Shown: positions 37,452 through 46,209 of the stretch, one piece after another
How positions within the stretch are numbered: position 1 is the stretch's first letter
Layout of the letters: each line of letters starts with the position of its first letter
NCBI GenBank assembly: GCA_030765235.1
Contig: JAVCCW010000029.1
Span: 12,939 to 76,938, forward strand
DNA: 64,000 nucleotides
From: Candidatus Gorgyraea atricola
GTDB taxonomy: Bacteria; Omnitrophota; Gorgyraeia; Gorgyraeales; Gorgyraeaceae
Direction of reading: 5' to 3'
Translations under genes and position numbers: made by a program
Notes under the pieces: model-generated
What the model was told of the DNA's origin: nothing
What the model saw: only the letters and a program-made list of their open reading frames with translations
Database searches by the model: none

Positions 37452-39513
37452 GAAAATAATAACTGGAGCGCTTTTAGCTTCGTTTGCATTTTTTCCAGTG
37501 AACCTGTTCGAGAAGAAGAGGGAGAATTGGTTCCCGTTCTATATTCCCTGGAATTACTGTCAGGATTCGAGGCTGGATTTTAGTTTCTTGCTGGACGCGC
37601 CTGCCGGCAGTCATGGTTTTTTGACTGTAAAGGACGGGCATTTTTATTTTGAAGATGGCAAGAAGGCGAGATTCTGGGGGGTGAATATACATTCTGACAC
37701 GGCATGTTTTCCCACGCGTAAACAGGCAGAGGATGTTTCAAAGAGACTTGCCCAGCTGGGCTGCAACGCAGTGAGGATGCATTTTCTTGATAATGAAGCA
37801 CCTCATGGAATAATAGCGTCACATCGCAATGACTCGCAGCATCTTTCAGAATCGCAGATGGATAAATTGGATTATTTTATCTATCAATTGAAACAGAATG
37901 GCATATATGTGTGCTTTGATGTATTGGGCCTCGGGGTCAGGAGATTTAAAAAAGACGACATGGTGCCTGAATTAAAAGACATGCCCAGAGGCGCAAGGGG
38001 CATCTCATTTTTTAATAAACGCATTATAGAGTTGAGCAAGAAATTCGCGTTTGATTTTTTGAGTCATGTGAATCCGTACACTGGCGTTAGCTATCTGGAT
38101 GAGCCGGCAATTGCCTTTGTGGAGATGACCAATGAGAATTCTATTTTTTTTAAAAGCTGCAGGAATTTCTCACCTTACTATGAAAACGAGATAGAGGGAT
38201 TATGGAAAAAGTGGCTTGTTGATAATGATAAGAATCTTGACGGTGACTGGGCTCATTGGAGCGAAGACAGGGAATTTTTATATGAACTTACAGATGGATA
38301 TCAGAGAGATATGTATGAGTACCTTCGTTCTATAGGCGTGAAGGTCCCCATAGGGGCTTCGAATATACCGTACGACAGTCTGATGCTGTTAGCGGACAGT
38401 CACATGGATTTTACTGATATTCACGTGTACTGGGATCTATGTGATTCCATGGATAAGATACACAACAGGCCCCTTGTGAAGCAGGACCATACGAATCCTA
38501 AGACAATAGTCAATACGATCAGCATAGCAAAGACCAGTAAAAAACCTTTAATGTCCACTGAATGGGGAAGTAATTGGCCTAATGAATGGAGGTCAATAGA
38601 CATGCTGACCACCGCGTCTTATGCGAGCTTGAACGATTGGGACGCATTGTTTTTGTATTCCTATAATGGCGGCTACACCTCCAACTGGTATGATCTTGAA
38701 AAGAGACTTTATTTTGGCACAGTAGTGTTTAATGATCCGGCAAAGATGGGGCTTTTTTCATTGGCCGCACTTATGTTTTTAAGAGATGATATTGAAAAAT
38801 CGTCAAAGGTATACACGGTACGTTATCCCGTAGAGTCACTTTTTAAGATGGATGATACCTGGGCCGATAGATTGGGCATGGCAGGCGCAGCATATCTGGC
38901 TAGAGTTGAAAAAATATTTTACAGAAATAACGAAGGAGGCCCGGGGACTGAAGTAGACTATCCTGATCTTGAGGGCTTGTCAAATGAGGACGGGACGGTC
39001 GTTTCCGATACGGGCCAGATTACCAGGGATCACAAAAAGGGCGTCTTTATGCTGAAGACTCCGAGGGTATTTTCTTTTTCAGGATTTTTGTCCGAGAAAC
39101 AGGATCAGGAATTTCAGGGCGTAAGATTTTCCACAGAGGAAGACTTCGCCACTTTTACAGTTATTTCTATGGACGATAAGGATATATCCGGATCCAAGCG
39201 ACTTTTGTTAGCGGTAGTCGGCCGTGTTCAAAATAGAGGTCAGAAACTCGCCCCGCATATCACTAAGAGTTCAGACGATCTTCGCAGGGATGTGTATATC
39301 TTAAATGAGGGGGAAGAGCCGATAATGGTAGAAGATATAGAAGGGAATATTTTTATAGAAAAGACTGAAAACGATAATGGATTAATGGTGTTTTCTTTGG
39401 ATGAAAAAGGGCACAGGAAAGAGACTGTTCCTGTAAAGCGTGTGCGTGATGGTTATAGCTTTGATGTGTCAGGCAGTTATCAGACTATCTATTACGAGAT
39501 CATAAGGATGTAG
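37429..39513 (+). CDS. Putative glycoside hydrolase (TIM-barrel, GH5-like), a candidate EPS-processing hydrolase.
   Basis: N-terminal hydrophobic segment. 'ARFWGVNIHSDTACFP...LGCNAVRMHFLDNE' resembles GH5 sugar-binding pocket strands. Confidence 0.4.
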   Translation: MRIEDLSKKIITGALLASFAFFPVNLFEKKRENWFPFYIPWNYCQDSRLDFSFLLDAPAGSHGFLTVKDGHFYFEDGKKARFWGVNIHSDTACFPTRKQAEDVSKRLAQLGCNAVRMHFLDNEAPHGIIASHRNDSQHLSESQMDKLDYFIYQLKQNGIYVCFDVLGLGVRRFKKDDMVPELKDMPRGARGISFFNKRIIELSKKFAFDFLSHVNPYTGVSYLDEPAIAFVEMTNENSIFFKSCRNFSPYYENEIEGLWKKWLVDNDKNLDGDWAHWSEDREFLYELTDGYQRDMYEYLRSIGVKVPIGASNIPYDSLMLLADSHMDFTDIHVYWDLCDSMDKIHNRPLVKQDHTNPKTIVNTISIAKTSKKPLMSTEWGSNWPNEWRSIDMLTTASYASLNDWDALFLYSYNGGYTSNWYDLEKRLYFGTVVFNDPAKMGLFSLAALMFLRDDIEKSSKVYTVRYPVESLFKMDDTWADRLGMAGAAYLARVEKIFYRNNEGGPGTEVDYPDLEGLSNEDGTVVSDTGQITRDHKKGVFMLKTPRVFSFSGFLSEKQDQEFQGVRFSTEEDFATFTVISMDDKDISGSKRLLLAVVGRVQNRGQKLAPHITKSSDDLRRDVYILNEGEEPIMVEDIEGNIFIEKTENDNGLMVFSLDEKGHRKETVPVKRVRDGYSFDVSGSYQTIYYEIIRM

Positions 39514-39515
39514 GC

Positions 39516-40928
39516 ATGTTAAAAGAAAAGGACCAACTTTTTAGAAAATTATTAATACTGTCAGATGTGGCCACTATCTGCGTCTCATTCTTTATTGCTT
39601 ATGCATTGAGACAGAATATAGAGGTGCTTGGAGAACTCTATTCTCCGTCTAAATATCTGAATATACTGGCCCTGGTCTTATTTTCATGGATGTTCGCATT
39701 GCGTTCCACAGGCCTATATGAATCTTTAAGGAGAGAGAATCTATTCGGGATAACGAGTCGTATAATAAAAAGCGCCTTTTTTGTTATGGTGATATCTATA
39801 GGCGCGATATTTATTTTTAAGATGGAATTTGTGAGCAGGACCTTTATATTAAGCCTGCTTCTTGTGACGAGTTTATTTTTGATATTCGAGCGATGGATCG
39901 TAATATCCTCTTTGAGATTTTTTAGGAAAAAGGGTTATAATTTTAGAAATATTTTAGTAGTGGGCACAGGGCCCAGGGCAAAGAATTTTATAGAACTTGT
40001 TCACAGGCATGATGAGTGGGGTCTGAGGATCATAGGTATAATAGACGCTGAGAAAAAGATGCTGGGAAAGACTGTAGCCGGGGAAAAGGTAATAGGACTT
40101 CTAAAGGATATACCAAAGATACTTATTGAAAATGTAGTAGATGAGGCGATGTTTGTAATACCCAGGAAGTGGATACCTATTATAGAAGAAAGTCTTTTGG
40201 CCTGTGAGTTGCAGGGCGTTAAGACCAATCTTGCCGCTGATTTTTTTAACATGAAGATATCAAGCTGGAGCTCCGGCGAGGTCGGAGGCGTACCTACTCT
40301 GGGCTTTCAGACAACAGTTGGTGAAGAATGGCAATTGTTAGTTAAAAGGTTATCTGATATACTATTATCGTTAGCAGGTATGGCGATCACCCTGCCTATT
40401 TTGATAGGAGTAGGTATCGCTATAAAGATTTTTTCGCGAGGGCCTGCGATATTTAAGCAAATAAGAAGCGGCCTTAATGGCAGAAAGTTTGTGATGTATA
40501 AATTCAGGACTATGGTGGATGGCGCAGAAAATGGGATAGACGCGCTTCGCGCCAATAATGAAATGGCCGGGCCTGTATTTAAGATGCGCAAAGATCCACG
40601 TGTCACAAGATTTGGCGAATTTTTACGCAGGTCTAGTCTGGATGAACTACCACAGCTTTTTAATGTATTGAAGGGCGAGATGTCTATAGTAGGCCCGAGA
40701 CCTCCTATACCTAGAGAAGTGGAGAAATACCAGATCTGGCAGAGAAGGCGTCTTAGCATGAAACCAGGACTTACGTGTTTGTGGCAGATAAATGGACGCA
40801 ATAATGTAGACTTTGACGAATGGATGAAGCTGGATTTAGAATATATAGATAATTGGTCATTGAGATTGGATCTGAAGATCTTATTAAAAACAGTACCCGC
40901 GGTGATTTTTTCAGTAGGCGCGAGGTAA
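39516..40928 (+). CDS. Undecaprenyl-phosphate sugar phosphotransferase (WbaP/EpsB-like priming glycosyltransferase).
   Basis: Five N-terminal transmembrane segments and C-terminal 'DELPQLFNVLKGEMSIVGPRP'. Confidence 0.85.
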   Translation: MLKEKDQLFRKLLILSDVATICVSFFIAYALRQNIEVLGELYSPSKYLNILALVLFSWMFALRSTGLYESLRRENLFGITSRIIKSAFFVMVISIGAIFIFKMEFVSRTFILSLLLVTSLFLIFERWIVISSLRFFRKKGYNFRNILVVGTGPRAKNFIELVHRHDEWGLRIIGIIDAEKKMLGKTVAGEKVIGLLKDIPKILIENVVDEAMFVIPRKWIPIIEESLLACELQGVKTNLAADFFNMKISSWSSGEVGGVPTLGFQTTVGEEWQLLVKRLSDILLSLAGMAITLPILIGVGIAIKIFSRGPAIFKQIRSGLNGRKFVMYKFRTMVDGAENGIDALRANNEMAGPVFKMRKDPRVTRFGEFLRRSSLDELPQLFNVLKGEMSIVGPRPPIPREVEKYQIWQRRRLSMKPGLTCLWQINGRNNVDFDEWMKLDLEYIDNWSLRLDLKILLKTVPAVIFSVGAR

Positions 40929-40939
40929 CGGAGGTAGGT

Positions 40940-41503
40940 ATGAAAATGATATTTTCTGTTTTGCTGGTTTCATGTTTTATACTATCAGGTTGTTCATGTC
41001 CTGTTAGCGGCGGGGGTAAGAAGACAGTGGCGCAGGCAGGCAAATACAAGATGAGCGTAGAGGACCTGAAGTACGAGTTAAAGAGTGTGCCTCATGACGA
41101 AACAGCGCTTCTGGATACAGCAGCAGGCAGGGCGCAGTATATAGATAGATTGCTGGAGAAAGAGCTTCTTCTTCAAGAAGCACAGCGTCAGGGTCTGGAC
41201 AGGGAAGGGGATTTCATGAAGAGTATTGAGAGCTACTGGGAGCAGGCGCTTTTAAGACTTTTGCTTGAGAAAAAGAGCAAGGAGATCTCAGGTCTGATCC
41301 ATGTCTATGATAATGAGGTGGAGGAGCATTACAGGGACTCCGGAGAAGACTTGCCTCTTCCAACGGTTCGGGCTGATATAAGAAGGGCTATTAGGCAAGG
41401 AAAAGAGACAGAGGCAATGAGGGCATGGATAAAGGAATTAAGGAAAAAATCATATATAAAGATAAATAAGAAACTTCTGGAAGAAGTACTTTCGAATCGT
41501 TAA
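40940..41503 (+). CDS. Lipoprotein with a SurA-N-terminal-like chaperone domain (EpsD-like).
   Basis: RBS GGAGGTAGG then ATG at 40940. Lipobox 'ILSGC'. SurA_N-like helices. Confidence 0.5.
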   Translation: MKMIFSVLLVSCFILSGCSCPVSGGGKKTVAQAGKYKMSVEDLKYELKSVPHDETALLDTAAGRAQYIDRLLEKELLLQEAQRQGLDREGDFMKSIESYWEQALLRLLLEKKSKEISGLIHVYDNEVEEHYRDSGEDLPLPTVRADIRRAIRQGKETEAMRAWIKELRKKSYIKINKKLLEEVLSNR

Positions 41504-41510
41504 TTACATG

Positions 41511-41574
41511 TGTCATTGCGAGCCTCAATTTGTAGGCCAGGTTTAAACCTGGCCTACAAATTGGGCAATGACAG
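41511..41574. repeat. Nested composite palindrome: TGTCATTGC ... [consensus REP 41532-41557] ... GCAATGACA.
   Basis: Outer 9-bp inverted repeat of the second family encloses a perfect consensus REP with extended CAATTTG/CAAATTG arms. Confidence 0.8.
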
Positions 41575-41589
41575 GCATAGGAGGGGATC

Positions 41590-42189
41590 ATGGCAAAGTA
41601 CAAGCGCAGGAATTATTTCATAAACAAGGGTTTTCAGACAGAGTTTATATTGAAGTTTTGCGTATTGGCGGCTATTGGATGCGTGTTCTTTGGGATAATT
41701 TTATACGCCTTTTCTAGTCGTACGCTTACCACATCTTTCGAGAACTCGAGGCTGGTAGTAAAAAGCACAGCTGATTACATATTACCTGGTTTGTTATTTG
41801 GCGGGCTTATAGTGGGACTTTTATTGGCAATAGCAGCGAGTATTGTAGTGCTTTTCATGACGCATCGGCTCGCGGGACCTATGTACAGGTTTGAAAAATA
41901 TGCCCAGAAGGTCGGTAATGGCGAGCTCGCGCCTGATTTAAAGATAAGAAAGAAAGACCAGTTTCAGAATCTGGTCAGCGCCTTTAATAACATGACCCAG
42001 GGACTAAACGTGGGACTTTTAAAGGTGGTCGGTGTTTCAGAAAAGCTGGACGGCTTAATAGATGAGCTTACAGACAGCTCGAACCAGGAATTGCTGCTCA
42101 AAGAGGACATAAAGAAGATAGTCTCTGAGTTAAAAAAGGATAAAAAGGACCTTAATAACGCACTTTCGTATTTCAAAATAAGCAGGTAG
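41590..42189 (+). CDS. Two-transmembrane HAMP-domain membrane protein.
   Basis: Two transmembrane helices then HAMP-like 'LAGPMYRFEKYAQKVGNGELAPDLKIRKKDQFQNLVSAFNNM'. Confidence 0.5.
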   Translation: MAKYKRRNYFINKGFQTEFILKFCVLAAIGCVFFGIILYAFSSRTLTTSFENSRLVVKSTADYILPGLLFGGLIVGLLLAIAASIVVLFMTHRLAGPMYRFEKYAQKVGNGELAPDLKIRKKDQFQNLVSAFNNMTQGLNVGLLKVVGVSEKLDGLIDELTDSSNQELLLKEDIKKIVSELKKDKKDLNNALSYFKISR

Positions 42190-42203
42190 CGTACCAAAGG
42201 TTA

Positions 42204-42255
42204 CCTGTCCAACTTCGTAGGTCGGATTTAAATCCGACCTACGAAGTTGGACAGG
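42204..42255. repeat. 52-nt perfect palindrome containing a REP variant: GTAGGTCGGATTTAAATCCGACCTAC.
   Basis: CCTGTCCAACTTCGTAGGTCGGATTT | AAATCCGACCTACGAAGTTGGACAGG. Confidence 0.8.
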
Positions 42256-42265
42256 TCTAAGCCCT

Positions 42266-42829
42266 ATGATTAAAGTTAGAGCTGCTATTATTTTAATTAT
42301 TGCGTGTTTAGCACTTAATATTGCGGATTTTGCGCATTCGCAAGACAGGGAATGGAATATATTCTCGACGAGGTTTTGTACCGTGTTCTATGAAAAGGAT
42401 GTGAATTTGAAGATAGTCAACAGGCGCATCAATCTAAGATTTTCTGATTTTTACAGCGCCAGGGCATACAGGAAAAAGGCGGATATGTCAATGGAGGAGA
42501 TAGTCTCAGACAAACTTGACGCTATATTCATGAAGGTCGAGGACATACTGGACATGTTTCCTTCCAAGGTACACGTTGCCATTAATATCTATAAGACAAA
42601 ACATGGCCTGAACGAGGCATACGAAGACATATTTAACCAGCCAAATACAGCAGTTTCTTTTTATGTTTACAAGACCAATACCATTTACACCACAGAACGC
42701 GCCATAAGACAAGGCCTTCTTGCCCACGAGATGGCCCATTGCATAATAGACCACTACTTCGTCATTTTACCGCCTAAAAAAATCCAGGAAATGCTCGCGA
42801 TCTACGCAGATGTACATCTAAAAGATTAA
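42266..42829 (+). CDS. Secreted hypothetical protein with an HExxH motif.
   Basis: Signal peptide and 'LLAHEMAHCIIDHY'. Confidence 0.4.
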   Translation: MIKVRAAIILIIACLALNIADFAHSQDREWNIFSTRFCTVFYEKDVNLKIVNRRINLRFSDFYSARAYRKKADMSMEEIVSDKLDAIFMKVEDILDMFPSKVHVAINIYKTKHGLNEAYEDIFNQPNTAVSFYVYKTNTIYTTERAIRQGLLAHEMAHCIIDHYFVILPPKKIQEMLAIYADVHLKD

Positions 42830-42906
42830 TAAGATTTTGCTTGCAAAAGCAGGGCATATCTGGTATACTTATATAAGTATTTAAAAAGTATTTTAAGGAG
42901 GAGCAT

Positions 42907-44343
42907 ATGAGAAAGATAGTATCTATAATAATAGTAGTTAGCATGTTAACGATCGCGTCTGCCATGGCTAAGCAGGATGCAGATGTGTGCCGGACCAGAT
43001 GCAGGCTTGATGAGGGAGTTATCTGTCTTGAGAGAGACCCTTGCGCGCCTGAAAATGAGTATTTATTAAAGGCTGCAAAGAATTGCAGAGAAGAAGCTGT
43101 TGCCAAATATATGCCTATTACGAAGCTGTTGTTCGTAGATATCCTGTCGCAGGTGATACGGCTGGATAAGGAATTTGCCCAGAATGTATATAGACTGAGC
43201 GATGAAGAGAGATATATTTTAAAGGCAGAACTCCTGGATCGTAAAGGCATAGATATGTTTGTCGGTACCAAGCCTTTATCTCCTCTTACAAGAGAAGAGC
43301 TGGCTACAGTATTAAAGAATATAACTGTAGAAAAGTATTTAGGCCTTTCAAGCGGCCTGCCAGGTCAGATGTTTGACCTGAAGAACGCCGAATTTATTGT
43401 GTATGATGTCGAAGTATACGTAGATGAAGGAAAAGGGTTTGAAGTGTGGGAAAGGAAGAAGACCTTTGAAGAGAGTAAATCCAACGCAGAAGACTATGTT
43501 GCAAAGCTTGATTCCTGCGATGACGCAATGGTAGTGTTTGGTGACAATGAAAAGGGCAGGATTCCTGAAGCAGGTTCAAGATTAAAGACAATATATAAGT
43601 TTTTTGGCAGGGATGACGAGATGGTTACAGAATGCGAGATAGCAATGCTTCTGTCTGATCCAGATGTGACAAGGGCATTGAAACAGAAATACAATCCATC
43701 AAGGTTACTTACAAGGGCAAATTTCGTAGACCTTCTTGTAAAGACAAGGCACATAGAAAACCAGCTGCCAAGGCATTATGCTGTTCTTACTGAGAACGAG
43801 ATATATAGACTTCAGACTGAGATACTCCGGAAGCACGGCATTGATATATTTGTAGGCACTGATCCAAGTGAGTTATTGACTCGCGAAGAGCTTGCCAGGG
43901 TGTTGTATGATTCTCCTGTGCAGGAGATCATAGGCATAAGTAATGGTAGTCAAGGCCAGAGTTTTGAGCTCAAGAACGCGGGTTTTGTCATATACGATTT
44001 ACACGCATATGTAGATGAAGAATCCGGGTATGAAGAGTGGTACAAGAAAAAGAGTTTCTTCGAGAGCTCTTTAGCGAGTAAAGATTACGTAGTCAAGCTC
44101 GACTCAGGAAATTACGCGAGTGTTTATTTTGGAGATGATAAAAAAGGCAAGATCCCAGTAGCAAATTCCCCTATAAGGGTGACTTATAGACTTTATGCGC
44201 CTGTTGCGATGATTACAGAGGATGATATTATCTGCGTATTGGGCAGGATAGTCCCTGTAGCCGAGACATATATCCCACCTATGCCCCCTCCTGAATTTCC
44301 GCCGCCCACTAACGGATACGATGATCCTGCTTCACACTTATGA
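42907..44343 (+). CDS. Secreted protein with an internal ~200-aa tandem duplication and a Pro-rich C-terminus.
   Basis: Signal peptide. The two halves align: 'ERYILKAELLDRKGIDMFVGTKPLSPLTREELA...' against 'EIYRLQTEILRKHGIDIFVGTDPSELLTREELA...'. Confidence 0.55.
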   Translation: MRKIVSIIIVVSMLTIASAMAKQDADVCRTRCRLDEGVICLERDPCAPENEYLLKAAKNCREEAVAKYMPITKLLFVDILSQVIRLDKEFAQNVYRLSDEERYILKAELLDRKGIDMFVGTKPLSPLTREELATVLKNITVEKYLGLSSGLPGQMFDLKNAEFIVYDVEVYVDEGKGFEVWERKKTFEESKSNAEDYVAKLDSCDDAMVVFGDNEKGRIPEAGSRLKTIYKFFGRDDEMVTECEIAMLLSDPDVTRALKQKYNPSRLLTRANFVDLLVKTRHIENQLPRHYAVLTENEIYRLQTEILRKHGIDIFVGTDPSELLTREELARVLYDSPVQEIIGISNGSQGQSFELKNAGFVIYDLHAYVDEESGYEEWYKKKSFFESSLASKDYVVKLDSGNYASVYFGDDKKGKIPVANSPIRVTYRLYAPVAMITEDDIICVLGRIVPVAETYIPPMPPPEFPPPTNGYDDPASHL

Positions 44344-45305
44344 GGAGAGCGCGGTTAATTCAGAATATTTGTATATCCTTTCTTAGTTTAGCGATATTTT
44401 TTTCGCTAGGCGAAATCATTACAAGAAAAATCGTTGGCTCCCCATTATTGACAAAGCCGGATAATGTTTTATTCTGGAGATACAAGAAGGGCCAGATTGG
44501 CTGCCAGAAACTATATTCGCCTGTTTCACGAGTTGACAAGAATGGTTTTCGTTATTCAGGCAAGGAGTATGACCCGGCTTTACCGTCGATTTATGTAGGA
44601 GGGGATTCCTATGCCTGGGGAGAAGGCGTTCTGGACAGAGAGACATTTGCAGCCAGTCTTCAGGATTTACTGGATTCGCGCGGCATGCATTATAATGTCC
44701 TTAACGGAGGCGTACCCGGCTATGGTATTGAACAGATCGCTAACAGGATGGAAATAGAGAGCGAAAAATATAATTGTAAATATGCTATATTTTTATGGGT
44801 AGAAGAGGATATAAATAGGCTGAGGGATATTTCTCCTGAAAGAAAGAAAAGATTTCTCAGGGATTACAGGCTGCGTTCGATGTTTCGTTACTCCGCTTTT
44901 TTAAAAATGATAAAAGAGCGGGTGTTTGATAAGTTTTTGCAGAAAGATATAGGCTTTGGTTATTATGGCGATGAAAATCTGGAATACGCAAAGGCTAATT
45001 CATTCGATGAAAAGATCAAGGGCCTGACTCCTAAAATAAGAGATAATGTTCGTTTTCTTAAAGATAGAAATATAATCCCAATGTGGGCATTTATAACCGT
45101 GCCTTCTAAAGAATTTAAAAGCTACCTTAATTTACTGGCGGATGAGCTTTCTGTGAAGTTGATCGATCCAGAGGCAACCTATAGAGGACATTTTCAGGGA
45201 TTAAAAAATATGGCAACTGAGCACAGTGGACATTTTAAGCCGAAGGTCTATAGATTATTAGCCGGAGAACTTTTTGATAGAGCGTTTCAGGGGAGCGACC
45301 AATGA
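44340..45305 (+). CDS. SGNH/GDSL-like hydrolase (putative polysaccharide O-acetyl-esterase or acetyltransferase accessory).
   Basis: N-terminal transmembrane segment and 'IYVGGDSYAWGEGV' GDS block. Confidence 0.55.
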   Translation: MRRARLIQNICISFLSLAIFFSLGEIITRKIVGSPLLTKPDNVLFWRYKKGQIGCQKLYSPVSRVDKNGFRYSGKEYDPALPSIYVGGDSYAWGEGVLDRETFAASLQDLLDSRGMHYNVLNGGVPGYGIEQIANRMEIESEKYNCKYAIFLWVEEDINRLRDISPERKKRFLRDYRLRSMFRYSAFLKMIKERVFDKFLQKDIGFGYYGDENLEYAKANSFDEKIKGLTPKIRDNVRFLKDRNIIPMWAFITVPSKEFKSYLNLLADELSVKLIDPEATYRGHFQGLKNMATEHSGHFKPKVYRLLAGELFDRAFQGSDQ

Positions 45306-46153
45306 CTTTTTGTGAAAGATATTTTCTAGGCTTTGCGAAAAGATTTATTCTAAGGCATGCGTTATTGAAAAGGGCGTGCCTTTTTTTCTTGGTCCAGAAA
45401 CCCGTGACAAGGCTTCTCAAGCCCCCATTTACAAGGACCTCCAAGATAATCGCCATAGATATCACTTATGTCTGCAATCTAAAATGCAATAATTGTGTTC
45501 GCTCCTGTAAGCAGGCCCCGACCAGTCAGCGTATGACTGTCGAGCAAATAAAAAAGTTTATCAAGGAGAGTATTGAAAATAATAACAGATGGGAAAGAAT
45601 ACGACTGATGGGAGGGGAACCAACGCTTCACCCTGACCTTCTTAAGATCGTACAGTTATTACTGGAGTACAAAAAGAAATATTCTCCTGAGGCTGTGATA
45701 GAAGTCGTAACTAATGGCCATGGGAAGACAGTAAATAATATCTTGTCCAAACTTCCAAAAGACATTGAGATCTCTAATTCAGCAAAGGATTCTCCTATGC
45801 AGGAGCATTTTCTTGCCTTTAATATAGCCCCGCGGGACCTTAAACATTATAGATTTGCAGATTATTCAGTGGGCTGCAGGGGCATGACTGTGAGCGGCAT
45901 GGGCCTGACTCCATATGGCTATTATCCCTGCGCGGTATCTGGCGGCATTGACAGGATCTTTGGTTTTAATATCGGCAGAAAGAAATTGCCATTGGATGAC
46001 GATTCCATGAAGGATCAGAGAGAAAAGTTCTGTCAATATTGTGGAAGATTCAGAGGTATGGGCGGATGGGTAAAAGAAGAAGTCATGTCTCCTACCTGGA
46101 AAAATGCCTATGCCAGTTATAAGTCAAAAAAGCCTACCTTGTCGTTGTATTAA
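45302..46153 (+). CDS. Small radical SAM protein.
   Basis: 'IAIDITYVCNLKCNNC' (CxxxCxxC) and 'RLMGGEPTLHP'. Confidence 0.65.
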   Translation: MTFCERYFLGFAKRFILRHALLKRACLFFLVQKPVTRLLKPPFTRTSKIIAIDITYVCNLKCNNCVRSCKQAPTSQRMTVEQIKKFIKESIENNNRWERIRLMGGEPTLHPDLLKIVQLLLEYKKKYSPEAVIEVVTNGHGKTVNNILSKLPKDIEISNSAKDSPMQEHFLAFNIAPRDLKHYRFADYSVGCRGMTVSGMGLTPYGYYPCAVSGGIDRIFGFNIGRKKLPLDDDSMKDQREKFCQYCGRFRGMGGWVKEEVMSPTWKNAYASYKSKKPTLSLY

Positions 46154-46209
46154 TCCTTTCAATTTATTCAACCCTTGAACTCCATAATCTCGTGTGATAC
46201 AATCTCCCT

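Noticed and set aside
40853-40939. ORF-track start at 40853 for the SurA-like lipoprotein, overlapping the sugar-transferase gene by 76 nt.
   Set aside because: A strong RBS (GGAGGTAGG) precedes an ATG at 40940 that begins a classic lipoprotein signal (MKMIFSVLLVSCFILSGC). The upstream extension is probably not translated.
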